Source of the DNA: Girardia tigrina | Taxonomy: Eukaryota | Length of the DNA stretch: 59,069 nucleotides | Assembly: GCA_001938485.1 (NCBI GenBank) | Contig: MQRK01216237.1 | Coordinates: 1 to 59,069, forward strand | Reading direction: 5' to 3' | Part shown: positions 40,001 to 55,000 of the stretch, one piece after another | Position numbering within the stretch: the stretch's first letter is position 1 | How the letters are laid out: each line of letters opens with the position of its first letter | Notes under the pieces: model-generated | Told to the model about the DNA's origin: nothing | The model's database searches: none | Seen by the model: the letters and a program-made list of their open reading frames with translations, nothing else | Position numbers and translations under genes: made by a program

Positions 40001-43000
40001 GTTTTAGAAACAAAGTTATTTTCATGATCCTAGATCATAAATAACAAACCTATTGGAAATGTTAAGGGGGATTAGTAAACTTCTTCACTTATTGATTTAT
40101 GTGAAGATGATTCTCGGTATCAGAAAAGGAATATGTGGTTCTCATATCTAACGGCTACTAACCTTGTTTTGTTAGAAGAATAAACTTTATTAGAAACTTA
40201 GTTCTACTTAAATGGGCTTCCAAGACTACCAAGACCTTGGAAGGATGTCTTAATAAACTGAGAATTTCTTCCTTCTTATGTATATCCTCAAAGCATATTT
40301 CTAAATGATGAGCACAGTAACTTGTTAATAGTGCGGTTATATTTTCGATTTATAAATCCAGGAAACTCACAATAATAATTTATTCTAATAATATACACAA
40401 TCTTCCAATATTTAAACAACTCTATTTTTATTATCTCACAGGAGTATCTGTGATTTTTTTTGTATTTGATTCGAGACATTATTGTTCGTAAATTTAAATT
40501 TTTTTCCTAAATTTTATAAAAAATAATTATAGTATCGGAAGAGGTTTACATTTTGAAGTGTCGGAAGTTTAATTTGCATAAAAATCGCTTTCCTTAAAGT
40601 AAAAATTAGTGTTAATTCATTTATCTTACAATTCTTATTTAATAAACCTTTAACAATATACATTCTAAGACCTATCTTGAAACAAATAAATAAAAGTGGC
40701 CCTTAAGTAACAATATTACTTATTCAAACTTGATTTGATTATTAATATAAATGACATTTAGCGATTCCTATGTATATTTATATATATAGTATTATTAATC
40801 TTGACCGATAAGTCTCAGAAGAAACAAATCTCATTATAAAATCAATTTTCTCCTACAGTCTTTTGCAAGTCTTATCTCAATTCTTATCTCAATCGCGTTA
40901 CTAAATAATTATAATATTTCAAAAAATAAAAAAATTCCCTTGTTATTTTTCTTGAATTTATAAATAATAAATTTTAAAATTTTAAATAATTTCCTTTCGA
41001 AATGCGACTCACAATTAATTGACTTGGGTTCACTGAATGATTCTATAATGGATGAAGGTTGATCTTAAATTAAGTTAGTCAAGATAACTGTTAAGAGCAC
41101 CGACCCAATTACTAAGCAAACATTTATTCATATCCCATTTAGAGTCATCACAACTCTCGGAAGTTCTTTCACCATTTATCATCATTTTAATTAGTGTAGT
41201 TGCTGCATTTTTAATAATGACTATTCGAACAAATTTCCTGATAGGATTTATTATTTTAACTATAAAATATTTCATAAAATGAAAAAAAAATAATTAAACT
41301 AAATTTAAAATTATTCAAACCTCTAAAATGTCTATAATTAAAACATGAAACATGGTTTTTTTTTAATTTTCGAAAAATTTTACTTATATTAGAAATTATC
41401 CCATATTATTACTTTTTAAATTTAGATTTTTTCAGATTATTAATTTTTCATTAATTTTAAAAATGTTAATTCTTTGTGAATGATCAATTATTGCAAATAT
41501 AATAAGACACCAATTTTCCAATTCCAATTTAAGCATACTCAAATAAACACAGTACTTCTATACACAATTTGAAATTTTCCTCACAATAACTTTGCAATAG
41601 ATTGGAGAAAGACTTTTTGTAATTAAAGAACTTTCTTGGTATTATTTTATTTTTCATTCGTAATGATGATAATATATTATGTTTAGTACACATTGTATAC
41701 TGATGATATGATTGGCAAAGAATATTTACAAAAAATGATTATGGAATAAATTAAAGTAAAATTCAAATTTTAAATTTGAGTGTGATGAAACAACCTATAA
41801 GCAAATAATAATTGTGATTGGATAGTAATATAATATAGTCATGTTTTGTTATTAAGCTTTGTATGTGATGATAACATTAATTTTTATTATATTCTCTTTT
41901 TAAATTATCATGTAATTCATTATCAAAACACAGTAAATATTTGTAACTACGTAAGAAAATTCGATTCCTTTGACAAATTCACAATTTATTTCATTTATCT
42001 TATTTATTTGTCTTATCAAAAAACAAAGATCATTTATTTGAAATTTTATTTGCACTCAAAATTCAATTTTCTATTCGCACAAATTAGGTTTGACAATGAC
42101 AATTTCAAAACACTTTTTTTACCAATTGAATAATTTCTCTTTTTAATAGAAAAATATTTTTAATTCAAAATTGAACCTTGTTCAAAATATATTATTACAC
42201 ACATTTTTTTCATTTTTATACTAACGATTTTTGTAATTTTGATAAAGTCACATTTATATTTTCACACACCAGCAATCAAATGTCATTTTTTGACAATCAA
42301 ACACACATACACGCAATCATATTCACACATACACACCAATTCAAAAAAAAGATATCACGTATTGGTTAATTAAAAAAACAAAGAAAACCACGTGATTATC
42401 ACTCACTTTAAACCAAACAATTCGAAACTAAAACTCAATTATTGAGAAACTCAACCATAGAAAAAAGCCAAATTATTTACTTTTTACTTATTTATTTAGT
42501 AATTTTTTAAATATGTTTAAACTTATTTAATTTTTATTGAAAGTTATTTTAACTTATTTATTTTTTTAATTTATTTATATTATCTTTCCCAAACTGGCAA
42601 AATATTCGGTCAAACCATGAATTAATTTCCGCTCCAGTGCTTTTAAGGTATGTGATACACATAACATTTAAATGTCGTGAAAAACTTGACTCAGGTATAA
42701 AGAGTGTAAAAAACTATTTACAAATGTATTGTAAATCAAATAAAATAAAGAATTCTAAAGAATATATTCTAATCATAAAATTGGCGGTCTTAATAAGTAT
42801 GATTCTTTCATCAAATTCAATAGTTGTTTCCCTCTGTAATTCAAAATCTATTTCTGGTCTGAATTTCAGTATAATAAACTAAAAAAATTTCCAATACTTT
42901 AATTGATATCACAACTCGAATTGTCTTTAGGGCAACTCGCTACAAAACTTTAGTAGCTCGACATTGATTTTGATTAATAATTTATTTGTATTCTATTTAT

Positions 43001-46000
43001 AAATCTCTAATTATTGGAACAAATTTAAATTAAAATTCCTCGCTTAAATAATTTTAAATTATTTTCAAAAATATTTTTAATTTATTTTAAATATATTATT
43101 CACGATTACATAAATCTTTAAGTTATAATCCAATATTAAAATATTTTAAGTCACTTTCAAATAGATTTAAAATATTTTGATTAAAATATTATTATATATT
43201 TGTTGATTAAAATATATTAATTTAATTTTAAAGTTGTTATGTACATTTTAAAATTTTCTAATTAATCCGACGGTTCAAAATATTTGAAATATCAATCTTC
43301 CTTCTGGATGGAAAAACATAATCCTAAAAACAAAATACCAACCACAACATACAATAAACACCATTCATAAATCTTCCTCGCAGGGGAATTTTATTTTTAC
43401 CGGATTTATAGATAGCTTCAGTTTAAATTTGCCGGAATTCCAGCTCGTTTGGATTGTTGAGAATTATTAAGTCCAAATGAATAGAAGAACATGGCATTTG
43501 AGGAAGTGAATTAAAGAAACACTGTAGTAGTGATACTCCTATAATCTCGAAAAAGATTAGAATGTCTTCGACATTCAGATCTATTTTCATTCTTTTTACA
43601 ATTTTAATTTTATTTTTCCTAAAACTCAATTCAAACAGTGAATGTTATGCCATCAAAGATTTGCTATGTTATTCTTTTCATTAAATTATTTTTTCAATTG
43701 AAAATTTGTGACAAAATAAATAATAGATTTTATGATATCCTAAAAAAATATTTAATAAAAAATATTATAAAATATAATTTTCTAGTAATATTAGAAAAAA
43801 ATTATATTTCCTCTGTTACGAGGAGATGGTAAAGAAAAACGATTTTACAGTCTTTAGCTAAAATTATTTTTTATCAGAAAAAAGACTCAAAAATATAATT
43901 CCATCTCAGAATTAATTGTGAAATGTACGCACGAGAATCTTGCAGAAAAGATTGTAAATTCGAAAACAAAACACATTTTAGAATAAAAACAGAAGAAAGA
44001 TTTTACAAATCTCTTATAATACAAAAAAATAAACTAAATTGTTTTTTTGATATTTTGCTATTTATTTTTGTTTCTAGTAAATAACTGTCGAAAAAGATTT
44101 TATTTTATGTGATTTTTTTATATAAACACAAATTTATATATTAATTATATAAATAAAAGGCATTTTGTTCATTAAAATTGTAAAGTTACTGTAAAAGAAC
44201 GAAGTCTGAAACAGAGTCTTTGCAACGCAGACTGAGACCGATGAATTTTATTAATGTTTTACAAATATTTTTTAGACAATTATTAATTTTACTGTCATAA
44301 TTAATTTGTTGATAACTTTAAAGACTTCTTTTATACTTTCTTGTTGTCTTTTACGTCGTTTCTTCATAGATGAAACAAGACGAATCCCAATATGAGGAAG
44401 TATGGAATAAATATTTTTCAAAATTGTTATATTATATCCTAATATTTTAAAGAGAATAAAATACGCGGTGCGTTCAAGAAGTACCCGACTTAAGGTAACA
44501 AAAATGTAATAGCAAATTTTATTTTTTTTGTGTGAATAAACAAATTAATATAAGTTTTTATTTCAGTAATTATTTTATTTTATCAAACGCATTAAACTTT
44601 TATTGCGATATTTTGAATTTTCGTCGGCTCGATGATTACAGACCCCGAATATCACGGCATTATCAAGTTTTTTGTGTTGCAAAAGAAGACATGAAGTGAA
44701 ATTTAATATCTTTTGCATTTAACTTACCTGCATAATTCCCCATCTCTGTCAACTGTAAAATATTGGCCAGAGAATTTAAAGGTAGCATATTCGTTTTTGA
44801 TGAAGAAAATCAGGTCGGCCACAAGAAAAGTTTTACACAGTTTATGTAAAATTACAGATATTTATGTAGTTTATATATGGGGAAATATATGTAGTACAAT
44901 ATTAATTGAATTTAGTATTCTCATTTCCTCAAATAAACTTTTCATCAACTGCTTTTTGAATCATACGCAATCCATATACAAACATCTGAAGCGATGAATA
45001 ATTAACTTTCAATTCTCAACTCAGTTTTAGATGAACGGCTTCCACAAAATTATTGGTCTTAGATTCATTATTTATAATTCTTTAATAGCAATACTCAATT
45101 GCATGGGAGAAATTAAGCTGGCAGCGTGTATTATTATGTTGCATAATTATTGTATAATACTCTTCTGAAAAAGTTGTAAACTCGCTAAATATGGCCCCTG
45201 TTTTACCTTCAGATTACACCTTCATTTTCTACTTTAGGTTTTCTATTTCAAACTAAATGGAATTAGAATCGTTGTACACTTGCATTAAGAATAACATAAG
45301 AAAATACATTTATCACTGTAACCTCAAAGTTTAATGATATCTCATTAGGACGAAAATTAGGCCAAAATTTTATTATCGTTTGAATTATTCGAGCTCTTGA
45401 ATTATTGCTCTTGCTTATTTAGTAGAAGAGCGTATAAAGTCGGTGATTATTCCGTGGGTTGTTGGAAAACTATAGTAATTTTATTCTCATCATGGGAGAG
45501 GGCAAAGGCGGATATTCCGTCTGTGAGAAGTGGTTGCAACATCGATATCCGAATTCATTTTTTACACCAAAATTTTATTTCTATAACAACAATTCACATA
45601 TTTAATACAATTTTTCTGTTAATTTAATTATCTCACCACAAATTAATCTATAAAATTCTTTTCGATTCAATTTTTAAAATCTTGCAAATTTATTTATTAC
45701 ATTTCACATTAAAACCAAAAATTTATTTTAAAATTTATTTAAAATTGCTTAATACTTCAATTAAAATATATAAATTGTTATGACAATAAAAATATTTTTA
45801 TTTATAAATAACTATTTAATATTAAATGGTTTTCTTACCATTTTTAATTTTAAGATATTTAATAGATACATTAAAAAGATATTTTTTATTTTTAAATAGA
45901 TGTTTAAATTTTTTATGATTTTCTTTTATTATATCATTTTTAATTTTTTAAAATATTTAAAAAACACATTAAAAACATATTTTATTTTTAAATACGTATT

Positions 46001-49000
46001 TAATTTTTTTAATATTTGTTTTATTATATCATTCTTAATTTTAAAATATTGAATAAGCATAAAATATTTTACCTTTTAAATTAAAAAAATAATAAATTAT
46101 TCTGGCGAGATGAAACTTTAAATTAACCCCTCATACCGTCATCCGTGACTTCATCTTTTAATCTGAAGAAGGACCAAAGGCCTGGAACCTTAATATTTGA
46201 TTGGATTTCTTCGTTAACCAACATTGTATTAAAGAAAAGATATTTTTTCGTTATACTACGTGACACTCGCTGTTTTTGAAAAGATTAAATAATCAGTTTA
46301 TTTAAACAATGATATTTTCATAAAATAAAATGGCAGATTATAAATACTTGAAATGAATTTCTTTGTTTTTTAGTAATTAAATCAAGTTATCTAATTTAAT
46401 TTAATCAATTATTTTTTGTTGGTAAAATAAATTCGATTAGTCGATTTAATGTGTAATTAATCATATTGAGTTTTCATTATAATTGTGATAATGATCACTA
46501 CATATGAATAAAACGTTATATAAATGTTATATTAATTACATTCTGTGTTAAAAAAAAATTTTATTTCGACGTTTAACTTGATCTTGAATTTCGTCAATCT
46601 TATCAAATTTCTTACTAATTCAACTCTTCCGAATCCTCCAACTCCTAATGTACAAACGAGTTCCAAATCTTTCAATTTGATATTCACCAATTTATCAGAT
46701 TCTAGATCAACGCATATAGATGTTTTTGAGCTACAATAAAAAATTAAAAAATTTAAAGAGAATTACAGTATAACCTGGATTTAGAGAGCAGGTGTTTTTC
46801 GTCTTCATAACATTTGTTCTTAAGTTCGTTCAAATCTCCAATCAATTCTAGAAACGGTCTGTAAATAATTATTTAACCTGATTTAATAACACAAAATTCG
46901 AACTTGCGGTATAAACATAGAACATCTGTTTTAGCACTATTAGCATAGACGTTGGCTGTTCTAGTCTCAGTTCTGGAAAGTCAACAAAATAGCTGTGATT
47001 TTAGTTTAAATTTAATTTAAAAAGCAGAAAATGCAAAACTTAAATCTGAATAATAATTATTATAAAAAAACATACGATAACAAGGCTTTTTCCCCAAAAT
47101 ATTCGCCCATAGAGAGAATTCGAATGACTTGTTCTTCGTCCTCGAATCTTTGTGTGACTTTTACCTAAATAGAAAATTCAATGATTTTTATTTTACAACA
47201 AATTAGTAAAATAATTACAACTAATAATTTATATATTTTGTATTTTTTAACGAATTCATTGGACATATTTAATACTTTTTCTTTAAAGAACTTAAACATT
47301 CAAGAATGAACAATTATTTCAAACACAATGTTCCTGTACCACGCTTATATTAACTCACTTTGTCTGTTTGTGTATTTTTTTGCTACGAATTTCTATTTTT
47401 TTACCCCCTTTCCTTGGTCTGATTGACCTAAAATTTGGGAAAATGTATAATCCCAATGAATCAATGCAAAATTTACTTTTAAAATGGTTAATTAGTCAAT
47501 TTGTTTCGTAAAAATAGATTTGCGATTACCCTTATAGAAAAAAATTAAATTCAAATTATTGTTTTTTTCTATTTTCATAACTTTATGAATTTAGTTATTT
47601 TTTCGTAATAAATACATTTTTCGATACCTCACTAATTAAAGTTTTTCTGTTATGTCTTTGTCATTAAGAATTTTCAAACAGATTATGGATTTTTAAGTGT
47701 TGGTGTATCTTACCTTTGGTTGGTCTTCGATGTTTAAACATCGCTTCGAAGACCATCAAAATCATCAATTGGTATCGAACTATATCGATCAAAACGTTTC
47801 GAGCCAGACTGAATAGTTCGTGATTCCACTGTGATACCACAATTGGACTACACTGAAACACAGACCAAAATGTTTTAGTAAATATGCACGATTGGGCAAC
47901 TCTTTAGAATTGTTAACCCGAAATCTTGACTCTGAATCGATCAAAGTGCTGAAAATTGAGATTGATTAATATTCTAACTCCAGGAAACACAACAGTCCAA
48001 TCGATTATGGAGGCTTATTTTAAAATGGAACGATCTGCAAAAAATCTACAGAATTCTGTCCAAGAAAAACTATTAGTTGATATTAGTAGTTCCCACGGTT
48101 TTCTACTGCAGAGTCAATGACAATTTAAACGTAGTTTTTTTTATATTTTACTTGTACAGGGTGCGGCAGCTATTTGAGAACACGTAATATAGACACCATA
48201 TCTTTTTGTGTGTTATAATTACATAATTTTATTTTTGCTGGTAGACATGGCAGAAGCTACTCTTACGANNNNNNNNNNNNNNNNNNNNNNNNNNNNNNNN
48301 NNNNNNNNNNNNNNNNNNNNNNNNNNNNNNNNNNNNNNNNNNNNNNNNNNNNNNNNNNNNNNNNNNNNNNNNNNNNNNNNNNNNNNNNNNNNNNNNNNNN
48401 NNNNNNNNNNNNNNNNNNNNNNNNNNNNNNNNNNNNNNNNNNNNNNNNNNNNNNNNNNNNNNNNNNNNNNNNNNNNNNNNNNNNNNNNNNNNNNNNNNNN
48501 NNNNNNNNNNNNNNNNNNNNNNNNNNNNNNNNNNNNNNNNNNNNNNNNNNNNNNNNNNNNNNNNNNNNNNNNNNNNNNNNNNNNNNNNNNNNNNNNNNNN
48601 NNNNNNNNNNNNNNNNNNNNNNNNNNNNNNNNNNNNNNNNNNNNNNNNNNNNNNNNNNNNNNNNNNNNNNNNNNNNNNNNNNNNNNNNNNNNNNNNNNNN
48701 NNNNNNNNNNNNNNNNNNNNNNNNNNNNNNNNNNNNNNNNNNNNNNNNNNNNNNNNNNNNNNNNNNNNNNNNNNNNNNNNNNNNNNNNNNNNNNNNNNNN
48801 NNNNNNNNNNNNNNNNNNNNNNNNNNNNNNNNNNNNNNNNNNNNNNNNNNNNNNNNNNNNNNNNNNNNNNNNNNNNNNNNNNNNNNNNNNNNNNNNNNNN
48901 NNNNNNNNNNNNNNNNNNNNNNNNTTTATGTACGTGTTAATATATGTAAAATTTTAAAATGTAATAAATGTTATTTTTCTGTTGTATATTCATTTTTTGA

Positions 49001-52000
49001 ACTTTATGTCATTTTGTTCTCAAATAGCTGCCGCACCCTGTAAGTAATATCTTCATTTTGTTTAGGATACAATTTTAATCTGGGTCTTCACATCTGTTTC
49101 TAATAAAATGTTTACTGAGAGATAATGTTTTGAATTTCTTGATCAGGAATCTTACAACTAATTTGTATTAGTTGATTTGTATTAGTTGATTAGATAAAAT
49201 TGATAATAAGCAAACTTTGGATTGATTTAAATCCAGTTTACTGTAGAATAAAAGAAGAAAAAAAATCGTAGATCCATTTTGTTTAAAAACTACTGAGCTA
49301 CAGAGTTTTCGAAAGGTTTTGAGATCATTAAGAGACCATAATTTTTTTTCAAATGTACATTGGTTCATGATATATGTTGCGAACTTTGATTTCTCACTGA
49401 CGTACATATGGAACATAAATGCTGAGCATGTACTCTGTTATTTCTTTAAAAGGAACCCATGTACTTAGTTTTTTTTAATCTGTTTCGTGTCTTAAATAAT
49501 CTCATGGCTGAATGTCATTATTTTTTTTACCTGTAATAATTTTATTTATCAGTTTTCTTTATTAATTCACTTATATTTTTGTTTCTTTTTGTCATCTTTT
49601 TACAACCTCGTAAAAATTCGAAAGTTTTTTTTTGGATTAAAAAAAGAAGAAAAGAACTCCGTGAAAATAAAAATTAAAAGAAAACCCAAGAAGTCATAAG
49701 TCATCTTAATCGAAGGAAAATATCTCAAATTTGGCTCACGATAACTTAACTAAAATATTGCTTTTAGCAATAATTAAGTTAAAATTGATAATTAAAAACA
49801 ATCGATTAAAAAACGATCACAATTATACATTAAAATTTGATATCAAGAAACGGCAATTACTGCTTGGAAAATTGCCGTTAGAAATTAATTATCCGTTGTC
49901 CAGTTATCGTCAGCGAATTGGTTAATTCACTTGATTATCGTCGTACACAGAAACAATCAATACTGATCTATTAGGTTGAGAAATAAGTTTCCGCCGTTTT
50001 TGAATTTTTAATCAATTTAATATTTAAATGAAATTTTTTGATGTAATGTTATATGTTATTTGAAAGCTATTGTTTTGCTCTAAAAAATGGTGTATTTTGT
50101 TTTTTATTCAGATTAATTTTTTGTCAATTTTTAGACCATTGAAATGGAGTGTCAAGTCGACAAAAATGAGCATTTTCGACACAATCTATTGTTTGCGAAT
50201 AATCGAGGCGCCAAAGACGCAGACGCTGCCCGATAGCTTTGTGCTGTATACGGAGGTGCTATAGCTGATAAAACCGCTCGTGATTGGTTCGCAAAATTTT
50301 TAATTGGCAATTTTGACCTCAAGTATGCACCTTCAGGACGACAAAATGAATTCGATGAACAGCGTTTGAACAAACATTTGCATGAAGACGCGCGTCATAC
50401 CACTCGAGAATCGGCGGAACAAATGGATTGTGATCAAAAAACTGTCGTGAACCACCTGAAATCAATGGGAAAAGTTCAAAAAATTGGAGCTTGGGTCCCA
50501 CATCTTTTTACTAAAAACAACAAAAACCAGCGATCCACAATTTCGGCGAGTTTGCTTGCCCGTCATCGCTCTATTCACGGTCATAAGCAACAATTTCTTA
50601 TCGAATTGTAACGGGTGATGAAAAATGGTGCCTGTACGTCAACATGAAACAGCGCAAAGAATGGCGTAGCCGAGAAGAACAATCGACACCGCTAGCAAAA
50701 CAGGATCTTCATCCACGAAAGACAATGCTATGCGTTTGGTGGGGTTGGGAAGGGATTATTCATTATGAATTGCTTCCTCGAAACCAAACAGTGAACGCAG
50801 AACTTTATGTTCAACAGCTGTATAGACTAACGCCGCTATAAGACAAAAACATCCGGATCGACAACATGGCGTTATTTTGCAACACGACAATGCATGTCCT
50901 CATATTGCCAGAATAAAAAAGAAGCCATTCAAACGTTCGGTTGGGAAGTGTTACCACACTCTCCGTATTCACCTGACTTGGCTCCATCTGATTTTCATCT
51001 TTTCCGTTCGCTTTCTAACGCTTTGCGTGGTGTTTCGTTCAACAATGATGGAGAACTGCAAATTTGTTTGCCTGAATTCTTCGAGTCAAGACCGGGCGAT
51101 TTCTACCAAATAGGCATTGAAAAACTCGTTGAACGTTGGGAAGAAGTCGTGAACAATGACGGCGATTATATTTGTGATTAACTTGTAGTAACTTTTTTGT
51201 TAAAAAATAAAATTTTAATTTTTCAAAAAACGGCGGGAACTTATTCCTCAACCCAATATAATATCGTTCTTTCCTGTATAATACCAAGTTAGACGAAAAT
51301 GACCAACCAAGACGAAATTCCTGATTGAAATAAAGCAGAACCACTTCCTGATCATTATAACGATTCTACAACACTCTCGTCGAGTTACCAGACATTGATT
51401 TGTGACGGTCAAGAGTTCCTCTCGATTTTGAGCTTAAAAGTAATTGTCATTTTCTCTGGTTAAATTATTGACGTTTACATTTCTGAAATTTACTCTTTGT
51501 GTGATTAAATAACTTTTTATCTCTATCTCTATCTCTTTCCGTTTCAATTGTTATCTATACAATTATAGTTTAATAGTTTATATCTCTTTTTATTTATTTC
51601 ATTAATTACGAGATTGCGTAATTGAGTTGATAAGATTCTTTGATCTTTTTAACTCGCTTCCGTAATAATATAAGATAAGTAGGAAAAGTTCTGGAAAATG
51701 AATACATTTAGGGGGCTTGAAAGTTTGATGTCAATTTTTATTGTTTAAAAGTAATTATTTGTCAAAAAAGTAAATATTTTAAGATTTTTCTCTTAATTTA
51801 TTGAATTAAAATTTGAAATTTTTAAAAATTACAAAACAATTTATGAAAATTAAAAAAAAATAAAAATAATTTTTCAAACAATACTTTTGAAATTTTTCAA
51901 AACATATTTTAATAAAAATAATATCTGGATTTTATTCTACTTTGTAATTTTAATCGCAATTACTTTCTTAAAAGTTTTTTTTTAAAAATACATTATTAAT

Positions 52001-55000
52001 TTTTTATAAATTTTTATGTTCAAAATGTAAATTTAATGATTAATTATTTATAAACAATAGTATTTTTGAATATATCAAACTAAATTTATGTTAACTCGAA
52101 AATCAGTAGATTAGGTTACAGCTCCATCAGATTTCCAGGTTGTCCCGAAGTCCGGCTGATGGTAGCAGAGACGCAGTGATGGCGAGTTTGTAGAGATTCA
52201 GGAATTACGTGATCGTTACGGGCCCAATTAAAAAGATTCAGACTGATCATCATTTATTTTATTATTTTGGCTCAATAATAGTTGTCGAAATTCAAATTTC
52301 GAAGTAGTAGCAATCAAAAATATAATTATCGAAAAATTCGTAAACTTGTTTCTTTGCACAAATTACAAAATGAAAATCGTACAAACAATTTTGTGACAAT
52401 TAAAATAGCACAAAATTGAAGCTCTGAACAAACATTCGCTCAAAGTCAAGAAACAATTTCTTTCAATTCAAACAATAAACTATTTAACTCGTGAAATCAC
52501 AAAATACCGATAAAAGAAATTGTTTCGACTCAATTAAAATTCAAATTAAAAATTGTTCTTCTAAAGAAAACTCGACAAACCTTTATGTCTGGCCCAAGAC
52601 TCGCCCTGATTGGTTATTGACTCAATGAGTCATCGTTAACAAATTTCATTGTTCGTTTTGAAAATAAAAACCAGCAAAAATCAAATAATTAATTTTTAAT
52701 TTTTTTTATTTTATTCTTTTTTAATATTGATTATTTAATTTTCTTTTAATTAATGTTCATATAATTATTTAAATATATATTAATAGAATTAGGATTTATG
52801 TCTGTGTGAAGTTCCCGATGATTAAAGTGATTCGTTTAAACAGCGACTGGAAATTTACAAATTATTGCGATTATCTTTATCTTTATAATTATTTTAAATT
52901 ATCTAAAACGTTTTCTTAAAATCCATATTGGATAAAAACATGTAGAATTTTTATGTACAACAAAATAAGCAAAACAAAAGTTCAAAAAATCAATTAATTA
53001 ATTTTTTTTCGAAAAGAATCGTTTTACAATGTTTACAATGTTTTTTTGCTAATTTAACCCCCTTACCCTGATATTATCGAGTTATTATCACTTATTATTT
53101 GTATTATTTTTACTATTATTCTTATAGTTTCATTTTACTTATTATAAAAAATTTAAATTTAAAAAAATTGAAAAATTAAACACCCGATTCGAAACAATAA
53201 ATTATAACTACGATTTATAAATTAAAACAGAAACTTTCAAAGTCAAAAATTTAACTCCCCATCATACATGACTGGTCTTTATCTACTATATATATAAGCA
53301 GCAAGCAACAAAGTTCAACGATAAAGGATCACTGAATTGTCATTCAATATTGCACGAAAAAATGTTGACTTGAATCGTCTTTAGAGAAGGAGAGAGAGGT
53401 TATTAAATTTAGTTTAATTTCAAAAAATTTAAATGCACGCTTTTTATATTGATTATTTGAGTAATTACAAGTAAGAACGTCAGGAAGGTATTATATTTTG
53501 TTCAACAAGAAATCCTAACTGAGAAAAGTTACAATTGAAAACTTTTTTATGAAAAATAAAAAATTATTGAGATGTACGCTAAATACATTCTGAAACCACA
53601 GTTAAGACGTAATCCAAAATTATCTATTAACCGATATCGATCGTAATTTGAAATAGGAAAACCGGAAATCCGTGGATGAACGACCATCACCAAACGGAGA
53701 GGCTTTTAGGAATATCAATTATCAGTTACAGAGAAAAGAGAATCGATTTCGAAATTACATTTACTTCCTCAAATGTAATTATAATTTAACTGTATATGTA
53801 TCTTTTATATTTTATGACATGATTTATTTAAGTAACACAAACTAGAATCATTAAGAGAAAAAGAAATATCAAGAAATATGATTTATTATCTATAAAATAA
53901 ACTTGTTGTTATAAAAATCTAATTTTATTATAATATTCGGAATAATTTGTGTTGGGAATATTAAAATTCGTTTCAGGCTCTTATTTCAATGAAAAATAAT
54001 TTCCCATTAATTAAAGGAAAAATATGACTTAAACCCAGAGGTAGTTTGAGAATTTATGTCTACTAGACTCATATTATGGTAATATAAATAAATTAAATCT
54101 GGTAATATAATACGTCAATAATTTTTTGGGGAAATATTCCATATCTAAAACTGTGTCAACTAGTTATAAATCAGTTAATAATTATTCAGGTCAATAATAA
54201 AAATAAAATAATAATAATAGTTTTAGTCACACGACATTTATAAAATTGCTATATGAACACTATATGTAGTTACTATATAATCTTTTAATAAATATCTTTA
54301 CTAAAAATGTTTTTAATTATGTTTATATCTGCAAGTAGTAAATATGTAATCGATGAACCATTACAACATCCAAACAGTCTCAGTAAAGTTATCGAAATGG
54401 TATAACGTTCGTTCATCTTCTTTCTTTCGTCCCGAATTTATTTTATTCTTACATGATGAATAGAAGGAACGATATGTCTATATTTAAAATAGTTTCACAT
54501 CTATATTAGCAGAGATTTAACCAAATTGCGAACAGTTGAATGAACTTATAAAACTCTTCGAATGTACGTTTGTTCAAGGAAGAAGGCTTCGAGGTAGAGT
54601 TCATAGATCAGCGCTTTATCGCATCCAAGTCTGGAACAAGCATACCGAAGGTTTTTGATGGTATATCCCGTACGAATAGTGCGATCAAAGAGTAGCACTG
54701 TGGTTTGCAGACCCTCTTCACTGCCACAATCCAAGTCTATGCAGCTTTTTAGACGGTATAAGAGGAAACATAAATAAATGGAAAGCATCACTACCACAAG
54801 CAAAGGCAGGTGTTATACATCTGACAAAGAAACTGTATCGCCAGATTAACAAACGAGTGCAGCATACTGTTGAATCTAGTAGAAAAACAAAATATTAACG
54901 TTTCTGCATTCAATTACTCAATTGTCTTTTCACTTTTTTTACTATACTACGCTTAATTTTCTTTTATAAAGATAATACGTTTTTGTTTATGGCTGTATGT

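Noticed and set aside
46160-46200. Hammerhead-like CTGAAGA-aggacc-aaa-ggcct-GGAAC
   Set aside because: GAAA core broken and no stem III or cleavage triplet.
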